Source: Octopus sinensis
Lineage: Eukaryota
NCBI RefSeq assembly: GCF_006345805.1
Contig: NC_043010.1
Coordinates: 34,720,001 to 34,784,000 of the forward strand
Length of the DNA stretch: 64,000 bases
Direction: 5' to 3'
The position numbers and the translations under genes are program-made. Each line of letters starts with the position of its first letter. The first letter of the stretch is position 1. Positions 24,930 to 39,470 of the stretch are shown here, piece by piece. A model generated the notes under the pieces. It made no database searches and was not told the DNA's origin. It saw only the letters and a program-made list of their open reading frames with translations.

Positions 24930-26364
24930 TTAAATGATGATGATGATGATATATATATATGCGTGTGTGTGTGTGTGTGTGTGTTCTTGTGTGTGAAGGC
25001 ACATGGCTTAGTTGTTAGTGGGATGGACTCGTGATCATAATGTCATGGCTTCAATTCCTGGACTGGGTGGCTTAGTGTGCCCTTGAGCAAGGTACTTCAT
25101 GTCATATCACTCTAGTCTACACCACTGAAAATGAGTAATAGCCATCTGCTGATGTAGCACTCTCTCCCTCTAGCTGTCACATCCTTGATATTCCACTAGG
25201 TCATGGGTGAGAAAGTTGAGACGGTATCTATGGTTGAGACAGTGTCTAAGTGTCTATGTCTGCTTGTGTCTACAAAGACATCAAAAGCAATCAGCAAAAG
25301 CATAATGCAGGCAACCAAGTCGTACTCACTTGCAAGTGAGGGCTATGCTTTATATATAATACATAACTCGAGAGAATACAACATCAATAGTAACAATAAT
25401 GGTCTCAAATAATTTTAGCAGAAGGCCAGTAGTTTCAGGAAGAGCAGAGTAAGTCAATTATATCAACCTCGGTGCTAAACTGGTACTTATTTTATCAACT
25501 CTGAAATGATGAAGGGCAAGGTAGACCTAGGCAGGATTTGATCTCAGAACATAATGATTCACAAGAAATACTGCAAAGCCTTTTATCTGATACACTAATG
25601 ATTCAGCTGGCTCATGACAATAATAAGAATAGTTTTTGGGGAGGGAGCTACTTGGTTACATTGACTCCAATGCTCAACTGGTACTCATTTTATCAACCCC
25701 AAAAGGATGAAAAGCAATGTCAACCATGGCAGATTTTGAACTCGGACTGTAAGGACAGCAGTTTCAAGGAAGAGGATAAGTCAATTACATCAACTCTAGA
25801 GCTAAACTGGTACATATTTTAATATTTTATCGACTTCAAAAAGGATGAAAGGCAATGTCGATCTCGGTAGCATTTGAACTCAGAATGTAATGGTAGGACA
25901 AAATGCTGCTAAGCAATTTGCTTGACATGCTAATGATTCTGCCAGCTCACCACAATAATGATAATGATAATAATCAGAAGAAGAAGAAGCAGGAGTTTTG
26001 AAACAAAAGTAATTATTAAATAGAACAAAGGTGATAATGAAGTGAGGAGAGGAGTAAAAAAAATGTTAGGAAATAACAGGTATTTTGTAAAATATTTTTT
26101 TTTTTGCTCTTTATTTTTTTTTTACTGTCAGAAAAAAAAAACAGAATACAACAAGAGGGTAGATAGGTAACCCATGTTTGGCAAATAAAGCAAAAGAGGG
26201 AAGAAAAAAAATGATGAAAAATAAAAGCAACAATTAACAATAATTGTCATTCCACAGGGTGTATCATTGAGTATTAACATTGGTGCAATATAACATAAAC
26301 CCACTCACAAAAGAAAAAAAATTGTATGTATGCATACATATGCATGTGTATGTAAGTATTTGCG

Positions 26365-26406
<42 letters not shown>

Positions 26407-26711
26407 GAGGTCAAGGGACCCTGCTAAGCACACACTATAGTCACTAAAGCCCATGCAGAAGAACAGCATATTCAAATAAGTCAGTATGAAAAGTACACTT
26501 AAGCCCATGCTATACAACAGTATTACAAAAGACTTAGAGTGTCTAATTAGAAGAGCTAAACCAAGAGAAGATGAAATAGGCTAAATCAGTTTAGCAGAAA
26601 TGATTTGCCCTCTTTCATTTTCCTTTGGTGTACCTCTTGTAATTTACCAAAGGCACTCTAAGGCTCTTTTGTAATACCATGGTATAACAATAGCACAGGC
26701 TTATGTGTATT

Positions 26712-26742
<31 letters not shown>

Positions 26743-29700
26743 AAGCATAACAACAGAGCATTTACTGTTGTGGCAACACTTTACTGAGTCAAATTTATTG
26801 TGAAGCCCAAGCCAACTTGATTATAAATTTGGCCAAGTTACTGGATTATTCAGATTCTGTGCATATTATATATCATTTTTGTGAAACTTGGCATTTTTCA
26901 GTCAAGAAAGCCACAGCTCAATAAATGACTCAATACATTATAAATGCAGGGTGTATATTCACTTATTCAAGATATTTACCTTACAGCAAACACAAGCTGT
27001 TTCAATGTCTTTGCATCTCATCAGAGGTCAGAAAACATTTCATATAAATGAAACACACATCTTTCTAGCATGTTTGGCAAGAAATTATGTGCTGAGATAT
27101 TGCATTTTGGTAGGGTCATATTGACAATTTTTGGACATCTGTACTATTGTTTGTGGCAATTTTGCCCCCTTTTACTTTTCTATTTTTTTAAACATGACAA
27201 ATAATAAGTCTTGTATTACTGAGTACTTTAATTTAAAAGTATAACAAATAAGAGAATTTTAAGACTGTGTGTGTGTGCATGGAAGTGGTGTTCGATAAAT
27301 ATTCAGTATGACTGATACTACAAATACAAAACAAACACACACATACATATATACACATGCATGCATATATATATATGCATGTTAGATGTGTGAGATTTTG
27401 TGGAGGGTGGGTTGGTAATATATTATTTTCTGCAGTATTTATTAAAAAAAAACAACAAATAAATAAACAAAAACAATCATGCGCAACAGTTAAACGAGGG
27501 AAGAAATAATTCTCGCCCTCTTGGCAACAAACAAGAAGTGACCACAAGCGTGTTATGGCAATAATCAAAATTCCACAGTTAACAACAGTATAATACAACA
27601 ATAAATAAAGAAATGTATGCATGGGTGTGTGTGTGTGTGGGTGGGTGTAAATATATATATATGCAGTTTAAAAAATTGAATGTAATGTGTGATATATATA
27701 TATATGTATGTATATATATATATATATATGAATAAAAAATAAAAAATAAACCTTCATGTAATTTCACTCTTTATTTCTTGAACTCAAAAAAATTAACAAA
27801 GAAATACTTATATTTATATATATTATATATATATATATGTTGTGTATATATATATATATATATATATATAAATTAATGAAATAAATAAAGCTATTTTCAA
27901 TATTTTATGAAATGAAATGCACAATATTTTCACAGGCCTACACCAGGGGAAAGGGGTGTCAGGGTATAAATCTTCCCTGGTCACTGCCACCTCTTTTGTT
28001 TATTTATATTTCTCCTGTCAACAAACCATCTGCTCGTTTCATGCCTTTAAAGACATGTGAAATAAGTCATCTCTTACTTGAAAAAGCAGGTAGGGTTTTA
28101 ACGACAGAAAGGGCATCTTGTAAAACGAAGCCTTAATAATATATGTCTAACCCTTGGTAGCATGGACATAAAAATAAACAAACACATATATATTTGTATA
28201 TATATATATATATATATATAAATATATAGACACACACACATATACACACCTGCATATATATATATATATATATATCACACACCCCCACATATATATATAC
28301 ACATACACATATGCATTTTATAGATATGTGTGTGCATAAATATATATATAGACATACATACTGACATGAATTTAAATGCACAAATAAGAAAAAAGCACTC
28401 AATTTTTGAAGTGGTATCCCTATTACAAGGATTTGTTGTTGTTCACAAAGGAAAAACTACACTACACTACTCTGTGTAGTGATAGTAAATAATCAACTTC
28501 AAATGGAGAAATAAACTCAGCTACTTATATTGAGTATCTTTTTTTCTGTCATTCGTACAGTCAATCATATGTGTGTGTGAATAAATATGTATATACAGGG
28601 AACGATCAAACATCAATATTTGAACAATAGATATTTTCTTAAAATGACTGTTCATATTTTTGTTAATGCTGGTTGTAAAAGGTCATCTTAGCATTGGTAG
28701 TAGGGATAGCAGTTTTCTTAGAGAAGGCGTTTGTAATGGTAATGATTGTTATAGTGATAGTGGGAGGTGAGCCTATGTTCAATATACAAAAAGAGAAAGT
28801 GTTCAGTATTTTTATTATTATTTATAATATTTCCATTCACATAAAAAAAAAATTTAAACATAATTTAAAAAAAAATGCACGCATTGAAGATTAAGAAAAA
28901 ATATAAACACAAAATATTTTAAATAATAATGCTTTGTGTGTGTGTGTGTGTGTTAATTTACAAACATACAGTTTTAAAATAAAATTGAAAGAAAAAATGG
29001 TTTTAAATCTCTTGTAAAGAAACTTTGTCAACCTGATGAAATTAATGAGTCATTGAATTAAACAAATTTATATTTAATCATCATAATGAGATTTTATTAA
29101 ATTTTATTGCACAGTTTCATTTTGAATGGAAAAAAAAATGTTGTAATTGTTGTTGCAGAAAAGCAGATGGAATATGAAACCGGGAGACAAAGAAAAGACA
29201 AATATATATATATATAAAAGAAAAACTATACATAGGAGAAAAACCTGTTAATATTTTATTGTTCATTTATTTGTTGGTCAAGACATTAAATAATTACATT
29301 CAAATAATAATATATGTATATATATGTATGTATGTTTAATTGGACAAGTGACTGAAGTGTTTGTTAACCAATGTAATGTTGAGCCATTCATATTCTTTAA
29401 TACCACATTTGGTTAGAACAGGAAAGGGTTTATATGTTTCCTATACTAAAGGAAAAGCATGCATCAATGAAAGAAGATACCATCAAAGAAGATACCAACT
29501 GAAATTTAGTGTTCATCGAACATGAATGAGGAATTTGAACAATCCAATAATCTTTAATTTATCTTAAGTATATTAAAAATTCCTCTCATTCAGTCCTTTC
29601 CAAAGTAAAATAATAAAAATTATTATCAAATAATAATAATTATTATTATTTAATATTATGAATAATAATCATTGTTATTATAAATAATAACCATGAAATT

Positions 29701-31230
29701 ATTTCATGCCATCAAAGCTGTGTTTGATGAACAAACTAAAAATGCAAGTGGTATGGTCTTTACTTTTAACCTTCTTTTAATTATTGTTTCTTTTCATATA
29801 TTTATGTGATTTATCTATTTTTCCATTTTGCTTTAAGACAGAGAGATTTGATAGAACCAGAGATAATAATGTCAAATTCCTACAAAAAAAAAAAAACAAA
29901 AAAAGAAATTTTACAATGAATTATTACCAACACCATTATCAAAAGCAGTATCCTCATAACTTTCAGATCTATTGTTGTTATTATAGTTTTTATTATTTGT
30001 CTTGTTTTTCACATCATTATTTTCCCTTAATTTATTGTGCCTGGAGAAACGATGAGCTAATGCATTAGATCATCCAGCTCTCTGCCACCTGGGCAAAATT
30101 TTTCACTGATGATGATGATAATAATAATAATGATAATAATAATAATTGTTTATGATTATAATAACTTCTTATAAATATATCAACAATGATTAAAAAGATT
30201 TCTTGCACTGGCCACCAAAACCACAAACTTCTAAGATAGGACAGAGGTATGATTAGTTGAATTGACTGTAATACATAAACTGACACATATTTCATTGAAC
30301 CTGGGTGGAAGAGAAGTAAAGCCTTTCTTGAACTTAGAAATACAAATAAGAACATTGTTATCTTTCCAGCCCTCAGAGGTTGATAATAATAATAATAATG
30401 ATAATAATAATAATAATAATAATAATATCTGTCTATATGAGAAATAAAAAGGAAAAGAAACAAAGAGAAAAATATACATAAATAATACTCAAAAGTAACA
30501 AATATAAAATAATAATAATAATGATGATGATTTCAATAGCAAAAAAAAATGAAGCAAAAGAAAAAATTTACAAGGGAAGGAAATAGTTGATTTAAACTGT
30601 GTGTTACAGGTGTGATATAAATGAACAAATACAAAAAAAAAAAATTAAACCAAAAGCAAAAATTGAAAAAAGTCCCAAGTGATTAGTTTAATGTTAGTGG
30701 TTTAGTAATTTACTTCTTACTTGTAATGAATCCAGTTATCTCCTCATGACAAAGACACATAGCAAAACAAACTCTGTGTGTCCATGTGTATGTGTGTGTG
30801 CATGAGAACATATAATGAATATTATACATATATGTGCTCACATACACACATACTACATATGCATTTTATCCTTCTCAAATAAGGGACAAAATATTAAAAA
30901 AAATTTTTTTACACTTTCCTGGTGAGTTTTAATATTTGTTCTCTTTAACAAAAGAAAAGCAAAAACCGAAAAAGAAAGTTAACAAAATGTAACAAATTTG
31001 GAAAAAATATAAAAAAAAATAATAAAATCGGTGCTCTTGGTTAACTTCAAACCCCTAACTAGCAGGGAAAAAAAAATCACACTAAAATCCTCTCATTTGC
31101 AGAAACAGACCGAAAGCATTAAAGGCCTGTTTGTATGCAAACAACATATAACAGGCTTGAAAGTCGAAAATATTCACACAAAAGTGAAATCTGTTTCAAA
31201 ATTTGAAATATAAATTCTTGATCTAGCTGT

Positions 31231-31267
<37 letters not shown>

Positions 31268-31270
31268 TTA

Positions 31271-31798
31271 TAACTGTCCTCCACAGATAGAAGAAACTTC
31301 TTCAATATTGTGTAACACTTTACAGCAATAGTAAGAAGTTCTTAGCAAGTAGACAATGCAACCTTAAAGCAATTATATTAAATCCTTATACATGGAGTTG
31401 GTGCTCTGTAAGCAATGATTTTAGTGTAGGATAAGATGTTATGCGAACTGCTTGTGGTCAGGAGCTCAGAGTCAAAATCCAATGACATGTTGGCATACCA
31501 ACATGATTAGTGAATTCAACTCCAAGATCACATTACTCTCAGTTTGTTTGGTAAGTAATCCAAGACAACCAGATAAACTGAGATAGTATAAAATAAAGTG
31601 CTCTGGCCACAACAGAAAAAGAAATTCCAACAGTTGAGTTTGAACCTCTGATTTAAAAACAGATGGTTCAAAACCTTATCCTCTCAGCCAACAGATGGTA
31701 AGTACTTGACAACACAATGATTTAATAAATTGCTGAATGATTCATATTCTAACATTCACTTATCCACCAATCTTTAGATATTATCTGTGGAGCAGTTA
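31271..31798. mobile_element. Putative old MITE
   Basis: Imperfect terminal inverted repeats TAACTGTCCTCCACAGATA / TATCTGTGGAGCAGTTA. Confidence 0.45.
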
Positions 31799-31892
31799 AA
31801 GTTATTTTCTAGACCAAATCTTTGATGAGAGGATCTAATAGAGGTTTATTAATTGTGCAAAACGAAACAAACAAACATTATTATTATCATTA

Positions 31893-31940
<48 letters not shown>

Positions 31941-34900
31941 CATCAGGAATGGAACCTGAAGTCAAAAAAGATTAAAAGATATTGCAACTCAAGCAAGAAG
32001 TCTAACAAGACATTTGCTTAAGAAAATAATAACAATAATATTTTTTTTTACAAAGGAATGAAGCCACATATTTTGGGGAGGCAGAGAATATTGAGTGGGA
32101 ATTCTTACTCCTTATGCTTGTCTTATCATTAAGTGGTAAAAAATGTAATTTAAAATGTGAATTGAGACCACTTTATAGATTTAGTAGGTGAAGAAATTGC
32201 AATATGTTAATGCTACCACAAAGGAAAAATATAATAGTGTTCCATAATAATGATCATTATCTTTTAAGAAAGGTACAGTTAGTCTGTTAACACAAGTATT
32301 TGATTGGTTCTTATATTATTAACTCTGGAAAGATGGAAAGCAAAGTTGACCGTGGCAGGATTTGAACTCAGAATGTAAAGATATGTGACTAAATATCATA
32401 GGCATTTTGTCTGAAGCTTTACTAATTCTGAAATGCAATAAACTTCTTGGAGAGACTTCAGCAACAGGGGTAACAAAACAAAAACAAGTAAAAGGGTTTA
32501 CAAAAGCATCATCTGCCTTAAAACTACACAAAAGGTGTTTTCTTCATCTCCAACCTAAAACTCCCAATTATCAATGGAGATAACAAAAAAAAAAAAAAAA
32601 GAAAACAATTTGATCACGATATTCATGTGTCTTGGATATGGAAAGAAACAAAGGTCTATTGCTGCTGAACTCTTGTTTATTGAAGTTAAGCAGATGACAG
32701 ATAAGACATCCTCTGGATAGGATATCAGGCTGCCGTAGATAATATTCCTAAATTATCAAACATGTAACCCCGACAGATAACCTAAACTAAATGCTAAAAA
32801 CAAACAAATAAACCAAAACCTCAACATGTAAATGTCTCCTAAGTTTTCCCAAGACATATTTAAAAAATTAATAGTTTGTCTTTGATTATATGCTATTAAT
32901 AACAAGATGAGATGCAAATCCCACCTTTGTTGGAATGCCAGTGTATCTATCACAGCTAACATTCATGGAGGCTCTGGTAATTATTTATGAAGTGCATTGG
33001 AAGAGATGCTTTACTTCCTAAATATGCAACAAAATGTCCTGCAGTGGATTTGAACTCGAGACCTTTGAAGTGTTATCACAATGTCATATCCACACAACCA
33101 TTTCCTTTCTGTTTAGATTAAATGAGCCACTGCAAATTTATGCATGTTGCTCAATAACACAAGGAATTGGCCATAAGATATTTTATCTGAAAGCCCATTA
33201 GCTACTATTTCAATTTTCTATTCATCCTGGATGTTTTCCTAATCCTGTAAAACAGGGAGGCATTTAAATTTGGTGGTTATCAAAAAAACAAAACAAAAAA
33301 AAAAACACCAAGACATATAAGGCAAAAGAGTAAAGCTACAAGAACCATTTAGAAAGAATAATGCAGGCATTACTTTTCTTGTTATTGTCATATCAGTTAG
33401 TACAAGCCATTGAAATCGATCTTGCAGATTTGAATCAGCTTGGTCTGCCAAGCTCTGCACATATTCTTTGCCAAATGGATCTTACCACTGCATTTCGTAT
33501 TCAAACTATTATTGTTAGTAGTAATGGCACTATTTTTACTCCACCCACCCCAAAAAATTCCCCCTAAAGAATAAGAAAACAATTACTACCTATTCCTTTT
33601 TTGTGATCTTCTAATGTGATAAAAATCCATCCCCAAAGCTGCTGAGTATGTTGGACGAAAAAAAGGGGCGAAAGGTTATATAAGCATAGGCTTTCAAAAT
33701 AGTATCACCATTATTATCAAAATTATTATCACCATTATTATTGATTTCTGAATTTAGCACAAGACCAACTATTTCCTTGACCTTGTAATAATAAATGATA
33801 CCATTATTAGCATTATTTATATAAAGATATATAAATGGTGATAATAATAATAATAATGGGATTACAAAACAATTGGGTAAGGGTTAGTGCGAAACTCATC
33901 AACTGTGTAAGTCTCCTTGATATAAGAAGTAAGCTGCCGGTTATTCCAAAATTTCACTATTATTATTACTAGATAAGAGAAGGAGGAGAGAGATACAGAA
34001 GCAGGGTGGGAGATACTTTATGGTAGCAGGGTGTGGGATTACAGACGATGGCAAAGGGGGATGGCTTGAGGTACCAATGCAAAAAAAAAAAACTCAGAAA
34101 AATCAAAATATCACAATAAACTAAAGTAAATAAAAAAATTGAAAATTGCACACAAAAATTAGTAAGTAAAAAAAAGATTAAAAAGCTGATCTTGTAAACA
34201 AGAACAGCAATAAGAAAGAGCATTTTGAAAACTCACACAGGAAAGGTATCAATAAAAGTAATAAATTTTTTAGATTTTGACCAGGACACATTTTTTCTTT
34301 TCTGGTGGGAGATGTTGGTGCAATCAATACTAGTACATGACTGGCTGGTACTCATTTCACCAAGCCTAGAAGGTTGAAAATCAAAGCTGAAATAGACCCA
34401 GGTGGGATTTGAACTTTGTTGAGATGCTGCTGCTGATGATTTACATGTAAATTTGAATGTCTTTGGAGATAACAGTTCTTACAAGCTTAAGAAAGTGATG
34501 AAATGCTTGCCACAGGAAAGGTAAAAAAACTATAGAAGACAAACTAGCAGAAATATAGTTCACACACACAGATGTACAAATACATTTGGTGGGATTATTG
34601 TGTGTGTGTAGGTGTAACTGATCTCTGTCAAGAAGAATTTAAAGCAATCTATGTTGTTTGAAATGGTTAATGAAAAGTAGATGGAAATGCTAGTGATGGT
34701 AAATTTTATTGGAAAGATTTAAAAGAAGGATCGGTGAAATTTATTGCTATTAAATTCTGTTTAATATAAGAAAACCTACTAATTCTTTCTAAAATAGATA
34801 TGACCATTTTCATTAAAAAAAAATTTAATTTAAACTTTAGAGAAAAAAATTAATATTTTCTAATTTATGCAAAAGGCCAGCAGCTTTAAGGAGTTGGGTT

Positions 34901-37760
34901 TAGTTGATTATATCAGCCCCAGTACTAGACTGGAGGTTCATGTTTTTTGACCCTGGAAGGATGAATGGCAAAGGTGATCATGGAATGATTTGATCTCAGA
35001 ATACAAATAGGCAGAGCAAATACCAGGAGGCATTTTGTCTGATACCGAAATGATTTTTGCCAACTCATTTCCCTGCTGTGAACAGTAAGATAAAACTGCT
35101 TTCTAATTTAGACAAGAGACAACAAATCAATCATATTGATCACAGTACTTGCATTGAACTTATTTCATTGATTCCTGCATCCAGTATAAAATATCTTTAA
35201 CAAGCTGTTAGTAAGTTTTAATAAAATTATTTTTACACAAAACTCAATGTTAAAAGAAATTAAATAATGCATATTAACAGAATTATGAATATTAATTATA
35301 TTTGTAAAAATTTGTAATATGACAGAAGTAGAAATAATTTCAATGCCTGTGGCATATTTCTGTGTGTTTCTGTGTTTTGCTAATAACTTTTAAACTACTG
35401 GAAATATTTGAAAAAGGGGTTTTGAAGACAACAACAACAGATGGAGGGAAGGGGGGAAAAAGAACAATTATTGAAAAGAATACTAAAGATTGAGAATTTG
35501 GAGTTGATTAAGTAAAGTTAGAATGTCTGAGATGTTGTTGGTGGTGGTGGTGATGGTGGTAATTGAGATGGGAATAGCAGGAATATCAATTAATAAAATG
35601 AAGTAGATAAATAAAGATTTGGAAGAAAGAAGAGAAAGCTTTCATAAGATATTATTGCATAGCTACCACAGTGGTATTTAATGATCACTTTTTAAAGGGA
35701 AGGAGAAAACAGGATGTTGTAATGCCCATTCCCTGCTCAAAAGGGTGGAGAGCACTAACAATCCTGAACCTAGGCTCACATCCCCATGAACCTAATGCTG
35801 CATTATAACACACCTGCTGCTATTACTACTACTATAATGACTATTGCTTGCTGCTATATGAATGAATGATAGTAATTATTATTATTTTTATTATGTCTAA
35901 CTTAAGCACAAGGATGTTGACAAAGCACAAAGTCAACCTTGTCAAGAATTGAACTTGGAACCTAGAAAGACAGAACTAAAAAATGTAATAATTTTGTAAT
36001 CATTTCTAGTTTGGTGGGGGATCTTTTTTTTCTGTCATTCACACTTTGATGACAATAAAAATAGTAAAATTTCTAACAGAAACACAAAACTACAAATTTG
36101 AGGAGAGGAGTAATTAACTGAACTGGTACATTATTTTACCAATCCCAGAATATTAAAAGACAAAGTTGATCTTATTTGAATTTGAACTCAGAATGTAAAT
36201 GGTTCTAACTGAATACCTCAAAGCAATTTAACAATTCTGCCAATCCACTCCTGAGAATGCTATTAACAGCCATAAACAGTTTCTTAATTTAGAGAAAGAT
36301 GAACTGCATCATAATATCTAATAAACAATGAAGTGGATTGTACATCCATGTAGCAACTAACATGGTTAGATAGGCTGAGTAGAATTGCAAGACCAATTTA
36401 CAGCCAGGTAGACTATTCCTACCAGTCAGTAAACCTGATGGGTATGTACCATCAACACTTTGGCTTGTAGCATTATACCCAGCAGTGGCTCAACAAACAG
36501 TAACAGTAAAAATTACATCTGGTATCAAATTGTGAAACCAGAGATATAGAGATTTCAAGACTTCATCATAATTTCAATGATCACATCTTCGAAGCTGATA
36601 CCAAAAGCCATTAGCATAATTACGAAGATGTGGGTTATCAGAAGTCTTGGAGAAACAAAAACAGTATTAATAGTAGTAGCAGTAATTGGTTTGGAGGTGT
36701 TGGTGCTAGTACATCTAGCAGCAAGGGCTGGGAAATAAAAGTACAACTGAGAACAAAGCAGCAGCAGAAGAAAATATTAATAGCAACAAAGCAGTTTCTA
36801 GTTGAGTTGCTCTCTAGTCTTTGCAGTGACATTACCTCCCTTTCAACTTAATTACAACAAATACAACAACAACAATTTTTAATGTAGGTTTGCTCGTGTG
36901 TGGAGAGGGGCATAGGTGACTATATCAACTTCAATACTTGACGGACAATTTGTTACTAAACTTCAGCTCATAAAAGGATGAAAACTGAAGTTAACTGTAA
37001 CCATCCCAGGTGGGATTAAAATTCAGAACATAAAAATGGATATAAATAACATGGGACATTTTGTTCAATACTGTCAATACAGTCACCCATTGCCCTCCTA
37101 ATGATAATGATTATAATAATAATTGTTTCTAATGTTGACAGAAGGCCGGAAACTTGGGATGTGGGAATAACCGATTACATCAACATCAGTACTTGACCGT
37201 TACTTTATTTTATCAGCCCTGGAAGAATGAAAGCCCAAGTTGATCCTGGTTGGGGTTTGAACTCAGAATGTAAAGGTCATAGCAAAACTATAGCAAGGCA
37301 TTTTATCCATTTTGCAACCAATTCTACCATTCACTGCCCTAATAATAATATTTTATTTCTAATTTGGAGCTAGTAATTTCAAGAGGAGGGTAGAAGATTA
37401 ATCAGTTACATGGATCACAGAATTTGACTGCAGCTTTGTTTTATTGTCCTTGAAAGGATGGGAAGCAAAGTTGAGCATGGGAAGATTTGAGCTCTGACTG
37501 TAAAGAGTCAGAATACTACAAGGCATTTTGTCCAGTACACAAATGATTTTGCCAATCCTCCACCTCAGTAATAATAACACATAGAATCAATTGCAGCTGT
37601 CTAATATAGTTAGATGACTAAGTAATAACTGGCTAATAATTAATCTATTACAACCTTATTCATGAGAGATAACTAATGAGACAACTCTTCAGCTTTGATA
37701 TGTGAAAATGGCATCACATTAGTAGACTTCAAAGACAGCATTATTCCCTATCTAAAAGCA

Positions 37761-37878
37761 AAAAGTTGATTTTAGGGTTTGTTGGTGAAAAGTTGATTTT
37801 AGGGTTTGTTGATGAAAAGTTGATTTTAGGGTTTGTTGGTGAAAAGTTGATTTTAGGGTTTGTTGGTGAAAAATTGAT
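37761..37878. repeat. 27-bp minisatellite, about 4.3 copies
   Basis: Unit AAAAGTTGATTTTAGGGTTTGTTGGTG, one substitution in copy 2. Confidence 0.95.
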
Positions 37879-38561
37879 GAGCAGGTGTATTGGAAACCGA
37901 ACTTGGAATACTGATATAATTTTGACTAGTACACTGGGAAGTAGGCTGTAGTTCAATACATATAACTGTTATGATATTTCATAGTAATGAGTGGAAGTTA
38001 GTAGCAGGAATAGTAGTAGTATTAGTAGCAGCAATGAAGACAGTGTTAGTAGTGGTTAGTTGAGGGAGGAGAAGAGAATGATAAGAATTAAGGGGAAAGC
38101 AACCAAGTACTGATGAACCATGAAATGTCGGCCATTTTGACATGAAGAATGAACTGAGACGGACGGACACACACAGACAAAAGAGAATTTGAATGGAATC
38201 AAAAGGACACTGAATGAAAAATAAGAAACACTGAAGGAAAGCCAAGAAGGATAGAATGCGAGGTGGAAAGAAAGATGGAAAAGAAAGGCAAAGAAAAAAA
38301 AGTAGATCTAAAGGAAACAATGAAAGGAACAAAGGATGGAGAGCAAAAGAGAGGAAAAGAATAAATTTACTTCCTGTTGCATTTATTATATTTCGCTTTC
38401 TTTGGAGCTTTTAGTGTGATTCCTGTAATCTTAGAGAAATATTTACATTTAAGTACAAAATAAGGGCTTTTGTGAAATTTTTCTTGACCGTTACATATAA
38501 AAACAAAAACAGAGAGGTTAACGGATAGACACAGAAGAAAAAAGATAGCTGACAGAAGAGA

Positions 38562-38613
<52 letters not shown>

Positions 38614-38751
38614 TATGTAGACAAAGAAATACAGAGAGAGATTGCAAACAGGATAAATAAACAGGTACATAGACAGAGAAATAAATAAATAGCTAGATAA
38701 ATTGATAAAAACATCAAGGAAGAAAGTAAGGGAGCAGTATGTGAGCATGCT

Positions 38752-38792
<41 letters not shown>

Positions 38793-38919
38793 CGTAGCTG
38801 GAGCAGCACGGCAGCAGTGGCTCGAGGCAACTTTTCAATAAAAATACATAGTTTTAAATATATACGTGTAAGTGTATGCACATATATTTATATATGCATA
38901 CATAGACACACAGAAACAA

Positions 38920-38969
<50 letters not shown>

Positions 38970-39090
38970 TCACACACAAACACACATATATATATATACA
39001 CATATAAATAATGAACTGAAATAAAAGAACTGCACAGAGAATGATCATGGTTTTTCAGTTAAAATTTTCTAGCCAATTGAAATAAAATTA

Positions 39091-39127
<37 letters not shown>

Positions 39128-39247
39128 CATCATCATTATTATTATTATCATCATCATTTATATAATGTTGTTTTTGATTGCTTGTAGTCTTTTAATTTTT
39201 TAAAATTTATTTTCTTTCATTTTGTTACTTTTCTTTCATTCCAACTC

Positions 39248-39470
39248 TCAGCGGTAGAAATTGTCGTGAAGAGTTTCAAAAACTAACTGGTCATCGAGTG
39301 GCTTGACCCACTGGATGTGCACGATGCCCTCAAGGTGGCCGTTGGCACAGAAGAGCCAAGATTTATCCAGTTGCGCCAACACTTCAAGTTCATCTCCGGC
39401 TGCAAAGTCTAAAACTCCGTCTATCCCTGCAGTACAATCATGGCTGCTAGCGTACAATGTACGTACATAT
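39248..39470 (-). CDS. RUSC2: RUSC-like last coding exon, SH3 domain
   Basis: Acceptor TTTTCAG, phase 2. RYVRTLYASSHDCTAGIDGVLDFAAGDELEVLAQLDKSWLFCANGHLEGIVHIQWVKPL has the SH3 pattern (LxFxxGD..V......W......G.V....V). TGA stop. Confidence 0.9.

Noticed and set aside
28650-28772. Possible alternative terminal exon on - after a pyrimidine tract and TAG
   Set aside because: Only a short low-complexity peptide in any frame and no recognisable homology; insufficient evidence.
37761-37878. Interstitial telomere
   Set aside because: Only one TTAGGG per 27-bp unit, never tandem.
26000-39247. Very long RUSC 3'UTR
   Set aside because: No exons are seen and several minus-strand AATAAA signals exist (e.g. 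near 29255), but such hexamers are frequent in AT-rich DNA, so the 3' end cannot be placed.
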